A stretch of DNA of 59,318 bases, counting the filler. It is 4 parts of 4 records of this genome, joined end to end, with 100 filler letters (N's around TTAATTAATTAA, not from the genome) between each part and the next. Parts side by side here need not be neighbours in the genome. Positions count along the whole stretch, not along the records: positions 31,834 to 54,113 come from SRR31156797_7068; positions 54,214 to 59,318 come from SRR31156797_7091; 2 more parts are not named here. The stretch is one strand, 5' to 3'. Shown one piece after another: positions 52,616-59,318 of this stretch (positions are counted from its first letter, which is position 1; each line of letters starts with the position of its first letter). The notes beneath the pieces are model-generated. The model worked only from the letters and a program-made list of their open reading frames with translations, was not told where the DNA came from and did no database searches. The position numbers were made by a program, and so were the translations under genes.

Positions 52616-52846
52616 ATGAAGATCGAAGTACTCGGATCAGGATGCGCCAAGTGCAAGGCCCTGGAAGCCAACACAAGAGAGGCCGTAAAGGACGCCGGCA
52701 TTGAAGCGGAGATCGTAAAGGTTCAGGATATGAAAGAGATCCTGGCCTATCAGGTGATGTCCACCCCCGCACTGGTCGTGGACGGCAAGGTCGTCAGCAC
52801 GGGCAAGCTTCTGAGCCCCGAACAGATCGTCCCCCTACTGGGATAG
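52616..52846 (+). CDS. Small thioredoxin-fold redox protein (MTH895/Thioredoxin_3 type, ars-associated)
   Basis: IEVLGSGCAKC, VMSTPALVVDGKV; 76 aa. Confidence 0.92.
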   Translation: MKIEVLGSGCAKCKALEANTREAVKDAGIEAEIVKVQDMKEILAYQVMSTPALVVDGKVVSTGKLLSPEQIVPLLG

Positions 52847-52910
52847 GCAGGGGATAGGCATATCAACAGATCTCCGGTGAATCTGAGGGGGATCTGCAGC
52901 TTAAGGTCGC

Positions 52911-52945
52911 AAAGGCCGGAACCGCTTGTGTTCCGGCCTTTTTTG
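52911..52945. terminator. Terminator between convergent genes
   Basis: AAAGGCCGGAAC-cgcttgt-GTTCCGGCCTTT followed by a T-tract. Confidence 0.8.
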
Positions 52946-52980
52946 CGGGCGCCTCAGCCTGCGTCGAAGCACAGAGAGGC

Positions 52981-54039
52981 TCAGCCCAGTTCCTCGGCGG
53001 CGTCCTTCACAAGCTGGGACTCTCCCCTCCGGCAGATAAGAGCCTTTCCGTTCCTGATGACAACGATCAGATCCTCCACTCCGCAAAGGGCTACGGGGAT
53101 GTCCGAATAGACGAAATTCCCCTTCCCTTCCGCCTCGAAGACGGGCTGTTCCGCGGGAGGATTCAGATCGGCTATGACATCCCAGCTTCCCACGTCGTTC
53201 CAGTCGAAACCGGAACGGACCATGGAGATCAGGCCGCTCTTCTCCATCAGGGCGTAATCGACCGAGTCTCGGGGCAGAGCGGCGTAGAGCTCGCTCAGAG
53301 GACCGTCGGGCATGACCACGGTGATATCGTTTTCCACATACGAGTCGGGACCGGAGTATTCCCCGTCGAAGGGGGTCTGCATTGCGGGAGTCCCCTTCCT
53401 CAGCTCATCCTGAAAAACAGACAGCTTGTAGGTGAACATTCCCGAGTTCCACAGGTAGTTTCCGGCTTTCAGAAAAGCCTCGGCCGTTTTCTGATCGGGT
53501 TTCTCTTTGAAAGAGATGACCTTGAAGCCGGGGGCGTCCTCCTCTCCCGCCTCAATATAGCCATATCCGGTGGAAGGGAAGTCGGGTTTGATTCCGTATA
53601 CCACCAGGCTGCCCCGCGCCGCCAGGACAGAGGCGGACTCAACATCGCGGCCGAATCCTTCTACATCCTTGATCAGATGATCCGCCGCGAGGACGAGGGC
53701 TGACGGGTCTTCTCCGCCCTCATGCCCTTTGAGCCAGGCAGCCGCATAGGCCAGGGCGGGTCCGGTGTTCCGGGCCTGGGGTTCTGCCAGAAAAACCATC
53801 TTCTTCCGGATCTCCGCCGGAAGGGAGCGGCTGTCCTCAAGGGCGGCTCTGATATGGTCCTTATGGGTCACCACCAGGATCTTTCCGCTGATGCCCAGTG
53901 AGGCGGCGCGGTTCACCGTGCCCTGGAAGAGAGACTCCTCCCCCTGAACGGTCATAAACTGCTTGGGTTTACTGCTATTAGATGCCGGCCAGAGTCTCTT
54001 TCCGGCTCCTCCGGCCATAATGATGACATGATCTACCAT
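52981..54039 (-). CDS. manC: Mannose-1-phosphate guanylyltransferase
   Basis: IMAGGAGKRLWP...PKQF, EPQARNTGPA, TGYGYI, FKEKPD, WNSGMF, SVDYALMEK, WNDVGSW. Confidence 0.92.
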   Translation of the reverse strand: MVDHVIIMAGGAGKRLWPASNSSKPKQFMTVQGEESLFQGTVNRAASLGISGKILVVTHKDHIRAALEDSRSLPAEIRKKMVFLAEPQARNTGPALAYAAAWLKGHEGGEDPSALVLAADHLIKDVEGFGRDVESASVLAARGSLVVYGIKPDFPSTGYGYIEAGEEDAPGFKVISFKEKPDQKTAEAFLKAGNYLWNSGMFTYKLSVFQDELRKGTPAMQTPFDGEYSGPDSYVENDITVVMPDGPLSELYAALPRDSVDYALMEKSGLISMVRSGFDWNDVGSWDVIADLNPPAEQPVFEAEGKGNFVYSDIPVALCGVEDLIVVIRNGKALICRRGESQLVKDAAEELG

Positions 54040-54113
54040 GATTATTTTATCTCCTCTTTCCTGCCAAAGCACCACAGGGGCTTTGGTGATTTATTCTCAT
54101 TGGGCCGAAGGGC
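54040..54113 (-). promoter_or_regulatory. Conserved 5'-leader element, copy 3 (at contig end)
   Basis: Reverse strand: GCCCTTCGGCCC-aatgagaataaATC-a-CCAAAGC CCCTGTGGT GCTTTGG-..-AGAGGAG-ATG. Confidence 0.75.
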
Positions 54114-54213
54114 NNNNNNNNNNNNNNNNNNNNNNNNNNNNNNNNNNNNNNNNNNNNTTAATTAATTAANNNNNNNNNNNNNNNNNNNNNNNNNNNNNNN
54201 NNNNNNNNNNNNN
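54114..54213. other. Artificial contig linker
   Basis: N44-TTAATTAATTAA-N44; composition drops to very AT-rich after it. Confidence 0.97.
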
Positions 54214-54241
54214 ATTTGTCCTTGACAAGGGTTCCAGTTTA
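54214..54241. mobile_element. Possible IS terminal inverted repeat (IS3-like)
   Basis: Reverse complement TAAACTGGAACCCTTGTCAAGGACAAAT resembles IS3-family ends from memory. It lies at the contig edge exactly where macrodomain homology stops. Confidence 0.35.
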
Positions 54242-54348
54242 TTAAAGCTGTCAAAGAATTTATAAACACTAATCAAAATATAGAAAAGATAATATTTGTA
54301 TGCTTTGACAACGAGAATTATTCACTATATAAAAAGCTAATAATTTAA
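54241..54348 (+). pseudogene. C-terminal fragment of a canonical macrodomain (YmdB-like) gene
   Basis: IKAVKEFINTNQNIEKIIFVCFDNENYSLYKKLII*; in-frame TGA at 54223 upstream. Confidence 0.65.
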
Positions 54349-54593
54349 CAAAGTAGTAACTCTCCATACACTTGGTTTTTTTCTCCGGTTTTTTTATAGT
54401 AATAGAAAACATCTTTCCGAATATTAACTCTAGATAAACAGAGGTTAAATATAATTTAATTTTTCACTTTTTCACAAAGTTGTCTACAAAAATATTGCAT
54501 ATTTTCAATAAAATTAAGGTTTTTTTGTTTTCAATTTGTGAAAAATATGGTATAATCCTCATGGAGACTATAAAGATTATTGGAGGTTATGCT

Positions 54594-55169
54594 ATGTGTA
54601 TGTCTAAAGAGTTGCAAGTGAAATTGATATCAAACAAATGTGTTAACGAAGTAGAAAGTGAAACTTTAATTACAGCGGTAGATTCTAAAGGGATTTGGTG
54701 TGGACAAGTTGATATGGCTATTAGAAATAATGTCGGGGACTTTTATCACCAATCATTATTAGGACACATTACTCAAAAAAGCGGTATGCCAATGTTTGAA
54801 GATGGACAAGTTCTTGAGATCATGGGAGAAGATGGTCATAAAGGTACTTTTAATAATATCGTATTTGTAATCGATGATACAGAAAAACCTTTAGCTGAAA
54901 TCGTATATAACGGATTAGCAAAAGCTAATAAAGAAAACAGACAAGTTGTATCGATGTCATGTATCAGAGCCGGTGAATCTTTTGGAAGAAAAGAGTCTAG
55001 TTTCAAAGAGATGGCAAAAGAAGTGTATAGAGGAATTAAATTACTTCAAAACAGCGGAGTAGCAATTAATATCAAAAAACTATTAATGTTAACTTATGAC
55101 AACAATGAGTATAGAAACCTATTATTGAATGAATTCAACAACGACGAATCAGTTGTAGCAATTTACTAA
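54594..55169 (+). CDS. Divergent macrodomain-like protein, paralog 1
   Basis: EVESETLITAVDSKGIWCGQVDMAI aligns by eye with macro DAIVNAANxxLxGGGGVDGAI, and VSMSCIRAGESFG with IAFPAISTGxYG; SD GGAGG and TGGTATAAT upstream. Confidence 0.65.
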   Translation: MCMSKELQVKLISNKCVNEVESETLITAVDSKGIWCGQVDMAIRNNVGDFYHQSLLGHITQKSGMPMFEDGQVLEIMGEDGHKGTFNNIVFVIDDTEKPLAEIVYNGLAKANKENRQVVSMSCIRAGESFGRKESSFKEMAKEVYRGIKLLQNSGVAINIKKLLMLTYDNNEYRNLLLNEFNNDESVVAIY

Positions 55170-55196
55170 TTATTGAAACTAAAATATATAAATATT

Positions 55197-55236
55197 AACC
55201 ACAAGATGCCTGTTTATCGCATTTTGTGGTTTTTTA
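55197..55236 (+). terminator. Rho-independent terminator
   Basis: AACCACAAGATGC ... GCATTTTGTGGTT followed by a T-tract. Confidence 0.8.
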
Positions 55237-55373
55237 TTTTTTGATTCTTTAATTTTAACAAATCAGCTGCTTAAACATCAGACAAATTATTATTGACTAA
55301 TAAGAAAACAATTGTTATCATATAAACAATCACCAAAAAATTACTTCTAAGTTTAACAATTGAGAGGATAAAA

Positions 55374-57083
55374 ATGAAAAAACATTGTATTTATTTAACA
55401 TTTTTCTTGTTGATCAATACTCTGATATGGAGTAAACAAAAGAATATATTGATTATTCATTCCTATTCACCGAATAATCTCTGGACAAAAAAAATCCAGG
55501 ATAAACTATACTCACATTTTACAGAAAAAGACGAATCTTATACTCTGTTAACTGAGTATTTAGACATTCATCATTTAAATGGTAAACAACCAGCTAAAAG
55601 GCATTCACAATACTTAAAAAGGAAATATAGAAATTTAAAGATAGACTTAATTATAGCTACTGACGATTCTGCAACCAAAAACGCTCTGTATAAAAGAGAG
55701 TTTGGTCAAATATTTAAAGACACTCCTATATTAGGAACTGGAATAAGTCACTATAAAAACTTTAAAACCGATTTTCCTGATATTGATAATACTCATCTAA
55801 TTCTGGAACAACCTAGTTTTAGAGAAAATATAGAACTAGCTATGCAGCAAAATCCTAATGCTAAAAAATTATTTCTAATCTCTGATCATACTTTAACAGG
55901 ATGGGGGATAAGAGAAGAGATAGATGAGTACATAAAAGAGTTTAATTTAAGATTTGAATGGTCAAATAAAATGACATATGAAGTGTTAAAGAAAAAAGTG
56001 GCCTCTCAAAATAAAAATACCATTATTTTGTTTTATCAGTTTTTCAAAGACAAAACCGGAATGGCTTACAATCCCAACAAAACAATCTCCGAATTAACTA
56101 ATCTTTCTCAAGTACCTATTTATGTTAATTGGGATTATTACTTCAACAGTGGAGCATTTGGGGGAAAATTATACTCTTCAGAGGAGTTAGCTAATTATAC
56201 CTGTCAGATTGCTGATAGGATATTATCTCATGAAAAACTACCAGAAATAATCGAATATGGACAAATTAACGATTATTATTTTGATCACAGAATTATAGAA
56301 AAATACAGCTATGAGAATAGATTTTATCCGGAACAAACAAATATAGTTAATAAACCTGAGAATTTTTTTGTAAAAAATAGGAAATTAATCATTTTACACT
56401 TAATTGTTTTTTCAGTTGGAATAGTTTTGCTTTTACTAGCGTATTCAAATATAAAAAAACAAATTATTATTAACCAAAAAGATAAAAAACTGCTAGATGA
56501 ACAGAATGAAATCATATATAGAATCGGAAATATAATTGAATCACGGTGTAACGAGACTAAATTTCACGTAGAAAGAGTTGGTTTAATCTCTAAACATCTC
56601 GCAATCAAAATCGGCTTGCCTATAGAAGAAGCAAATCTGATTAAACAGATATCACCACTACACGATGTAGGAAAAGTTGGAATTCCCGATAATGTTTTAA
56701 ACTCTACGGAAAAACTATCAAACGAAGAGTTTGAAATCATGAAAGAACATACCAGTATTGGTTATAACATCTTAAAAGGCAGCGGAAAAAGAAATATTGA
56801 TTTGGCAGCCATCGTTGCACATCAACATCATGAGAGATGGGATGGAAATGGTTATCCGCAGAAATTAAAGGGGGAAGAGATTCATCTCTTTGCAAGAATT
56901 ACAATGGTAGCTGACGTTCTTGATGCTCTACTTAGTAAAAGATCATATAAAAAAGAGTGGACATTCGAAGAAGTAATTAAATTTCTCCAAGATGAAAGTG
57001 GAAAAATGTTTGATCCTAAAATAGTTGAAGTAACAGTTGAACATCAAAACGAAATACATTATCTCAGAAATTCTATTGTATAA
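55374..57083 (+). CDS. Membrane-anchored HD-GYP cyclic-dinucleotide phosphodiesterase with periplasmic sensor domain
   Basis: Signal, ILIIHSY sensor domain, TM helix, HVERV, LHDVGKVGIPD, HHERWDGNGYP, ADVLDAL. Confidence 0.9.
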   Translation: MKKHCIYLTFFLLINTLIWSKQKNILIIHSYSPNNLWTKKIQDKLYSHFTEKDESYTLLTEYLDIHHLNGKQPAKRHSQYLKRKYRNLKIDLIIATDDSATKNALYKREFGQIFKDTPILGTGISHYKNFKTDFPDIDNTHLILEQPSFRENIELAMQQNPNAKKLFLISDHTLTGWGIREEIDEYIKEFNLRFEWSNKMTYEVLKKKVASQNKNTIILFYQFFKDKTGMAYNPNKTISELTNLSQVPIYVNWDYYFNSGAFGGKLYSSEELANYTCQIADRILSHEKLPEIIEYGQINDYYFDHRIIEKYSYENRFYPEQTNIVNKPENFFVKNRKLIILHLIVFSVGIVLLLLAYSNIKKQIIINQKDKKLLDEQNEIIYRIGNIIESRCNETKFHVERVGLISKHLAIKIGLPIEEANLIKQISPLHDVGKVGIPDNVLNSTEKLSNEEFEIMKEHTSIGYNILKGSGKRNIDLAAIVAHQHHERWDGNGYPQKLKGEEIHLFARITMVADVLDALLSKRSYKKEWTFEEVIKFLQDESGKMFDPKIVEVTVEHQNEIHYLRNSIV

Positions 57084-57234
57084 GTATATGTATAAACTAA
57101 TGACAATTTGCTTAAAAAGAAGGTAATTGAGTTTTCTTTTTGAATAATAATGTGATATACTTTTTATGAGGAGAGAGTACTAACTGTTTATTTTTCTGAT
57201 TTAGGAGAATAAGCATTCATGGGGAGGAATTGTT

Positions 57235-57804
57235 ATGGCAAAAGAACTTCAAGTTAGACTGGTAGCGAACAAAAGTGTATGTGAAGTTGAAAGTGAAGCA
57301 CTTATAACTGCAGTAGATTCTAAAGGGATCTGGTGCGGGCAGGTTGATATGGCAATTAGAGATCAAATAGGTAATTACTATCATCAATCGTTACTTGGTC
57401 ACATTACTCAAAAAAGTGGTATGGCAATGTTCGAAGATGGACAAGTACTTGAAATTGTAGGAGAAGAGGGACATAAAGGTGTCTTCAATAATATAATATT
57501 CGTTATTGATGATACTGAAAAACCTCTGTCTGAAGTCATATATGCCGGATTAGCTAAGGCTAATAAAGAGCAATATGAAGTTATATCAATGTCGTCTATT
57601 AGAGCAGGTGAATCTTATGGAAGAAAAGAGGAAACTTTCGAAGAGATGGCAAAAGAGGTTTATAAAGGAATAAGATTATTCCTAAACAGCGGAGTAGAAA
57701 TTCAAATCAAAAAATTACTTATGATTACATATGATAATGATGAGTATAGAAATCTTCTAATAGAAGAATTCGGTAAAGATGAAGCTGTAGTAGCTATATA
57801 TTAG
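57235..57804 (+). CDS. Divergent macrodomain-like protein, paralog 2
   Basis: Ungapped match to paralog 1 (about 146/189 identical by manual count); SD GGGGAGG. Confidence 0.65.
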   Translation: MAKELQVRLVANKSVCEVESEALITAVDSKGIWCGQVDMAIRDQIGNYYHQSLLGHITQKSGMAMFEDGQVLEIVGEEGHKGVFNNIIFVIDDTEKPLSEVIYAGLAKANKEQYEVISMSSIRAGESYGRKEETFEEMAKEVYKGIRLFLNSGVEIQIKKLLMITYDNDEYRNLLIEEFGKDEAVVAIY

Positions 57805-57807
57805 CAT

Positions 57808-57836
57808 AATGCGCCCTTTAAATTAGGGCGTTTTTT
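57808..57836 (+). terminator. Rho-independent terminator
   Basis: GCGCCCT-ttaaatt-AGGGCGT followed by a T-tract. Confidence 0.75.
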
Positions 57837-57992
57837 ATTTTTTTGATAGTTTTTTTAATAGATTATCTATTTTTTAATTGTTCGATTGAAATCATACTTA
57901 ATTTACGATATACTATTAGAAGACCTTTTAAATAAGTTTTCTAGTCATAAATCAAATGTAGCATGGTAAGAGAAAATAAGGAGGAAGACAGA

Positions 57993-59123
57993 ATGGTTTT
58001 TAACGTACCTTTGAAAAAAGTAGTAGATGATTCATATGATATAGAAATAGGAAAGGATCTGTTTGCTAAATTTGCAACTGATCTAAAGAACGGATTAACT
58101 AAAAAAGTAAATAAATACGCAATTATTACTGATAAAAATGTTGAAGCTCTATATGCGGAAAAAATGCTAAATGCACTTAAAGAAGCTGGAATAGAAGCGG
58201 AGTTATTCTCTTTTGAACCTGGCGAGCAGAATAAATCAAGAGAAACTAAAGCAATGATTGAGGATCAATTAATTGATAAAGGTTATAGAAGAGATACTTG
58301 TATTATAGCATTAGGTGGAGGAGTTGTTACTGATTTATCTGGATTCTTAGCTGCAACATACTGTAGAGGAGTTCCTGTAGTTTATTATGTTACTTCTATT
58401 CTGGCTGCTGCAGATGCATCAATTGGAGGAAAAACAGCAATCGATACTCCGGCGGCTACTAACTATATCGGGGTATTTAATCAACCGGACAGAATATATA
58501 TTGATATCGATACATGGAAAACTCTTCCTGTAAGAGAGATCAGAGCAGGTTTAGTTGAGACTATAAAACATGCATGTATTTTAGATGAAAAGTTTTTTAC
58601 TTATCTTGAAGAAAATATTGAAAAAATTGTTGATCAAGAGGGTAATGCAATATTAGATGAAGCTGTATGCGAGCATATTTCAAATAAAAACTGTACTATC
58701 AAATTCAATGTAGTAGTTGAGGATGAGCAAGAATCAAACTACAGACAAATACTTAATCTGGGGCATACACTTGGAAGAGCATTAGAGCCTCTTACTAATT
58801 ACGAGCTTAATCACGGTGAAGCTGTATCTATAGGGCTAGCTTATCAGGCTGAAATAGCTAATCAGTTAGGTTATCTTGATAGAAAATCTACTGACAGAGT
58901 AGTGACTCTTCTTAGACAAACAGGACTACCTACAGAAGTTCCTGCTGATATAACTACAGAAGTTTTAGTAGATAAAATGCATACTGATAAAAAATCAAGA
59001 AATAATCAAATTAGATTCATTATTCAGGAGAAAATCGGGAAAGTTGCTAAAAACAGTGATGGAAATTATTCTATTCCGATTACTGATGATAAACTAAAAG
59101 AGATGATAAATAAAATCAGATAG
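57993..59123 (+). CDS. aroB: 3-dehydroquinate synthase
   Basis: GEQNKS, ALGGGVVTDLSGF, DASIGGKT, LNLGHTLG, HGEAV, DKK; SD AAGGAGG favours ATG at 57993. Confidence 0.93.
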   Translation: MVFNVPLKKVVDDSYDIEIGKDLFAKFATDLKNGLTKKVNKYAIITDKNVEALYAEKMLNALKEAGIEAELFSFEPGEQNKSRETKAMIEDQLIDKGYRRDTCIIALGGGVVTDLSGFLAATYCRGVPVVYYVTSILAAADASIGGKTAIDTPAATNYIGVFNQPDRIYIDIDTWKTLPVREIRAGLVETIKHACILDEKFFTYLEENIEKIVDQEGNAILDEAVCEHISNKNCTIKFNVVVEDEQESNYRQILNLGHTLGRALEPLTNYELNHGEAVSIGLAYQAEIANQLGYLDRKSTDRVVTLLRQTGLPTEVPADITTEVLVDKMHTDKKSRNNQIRFIIQEKIGKVAKNSDGNYSIPITDDKLKEMINKIR

Positions 59124-59141
59124 TTTAACTATAAATATATA

Positions 59142-59171
59142 TGAGGCTGAGAATAATCAGTCTCTTTTTTT
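59142..59171 (+). terminator. Rho-independent terminator after aroB
   Basis: GAGGCTGA-gaataa-TCAGTCTC followed by a T-tract. Confidence 0.75.
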
Positions 59172-59318
59172 AATTATAAAATATAAGGTTTTTAGCTTTT
59201 AATTAGTCGTATAATATTAATGAGAATTCTTAAATTCAATATAATTTATATATTTGTCCTAATTATAATGAATGTTGTAAACTGAGCAAAATATGCTAAT
59301 GATTTAACAGCTGTTCTT

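Noticed and set aside
19254-54213. Sharp GC shifts that look like genomic islands, and the repeated TTAATTAATTAA motif
   Set aside because: Every shift coincides with an identical artificial N-linker. These are concatenated contigs from different organisms, not horizontal transfer or a biological repeat.

Overview
The window is not one locus. It joins four unrelated contigs with 100-nt N/TTAATTAATTAA/N linkers (19254-19353, 31734-31833, 54114-54213), so no linkage should be inferred across them. Contig A (1-19253) is AT-rich with Bacteroidota-type TAnnTTTG promoters. It carries a DMT transporter, an SH3b protein, pheT, a LytS/LytTR pair with matching direct-repeat boxes ahead of itself and of an RND efflux operon, an inverted pair of covarying REP-like elements, a three-gene acyl-CoA carboxylase and a truncated propeller-type sensor kinase. 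Contig B (19354-31733) is GC-rich, possibly Planctomycetota. It carries a CusA/CzcA-type RND pump, two glycosyltransferases and an operon preceded by a sigma54-type promoter: pspA-pspA-yqiJ/nfeD-flotillin-large 'DNA repair ATPase' (DUF3686-like, truncated). Contig C (31834-54113) is GC-rich and spirochaete-like. It carries sugar catabolism and ABC genes, a phosphonate-monoester-hydrolase-like sulfatase, two ArsP-like arsenic modules (one MarR-linked with four operators and an unannotated 56-aa Cys-rich ORF, one ArsR-linked), ttcA and manC. Contig D (54214-59318) is very AT-rich and carries a broken canonical macrodomain gene, two paralogous divergent macrodomain-like genes flanking an HD-GYP sensor, and aroB. 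The most novel-looking signal is a 5'-leader element found three times in contig C: invariant GCCCTTCGGCCC, a 14-nt spacer ending ATC, a covarying hairpin, then SD and ATG. Taxonomic and family calls come from motif recognition only; no database searches were run.
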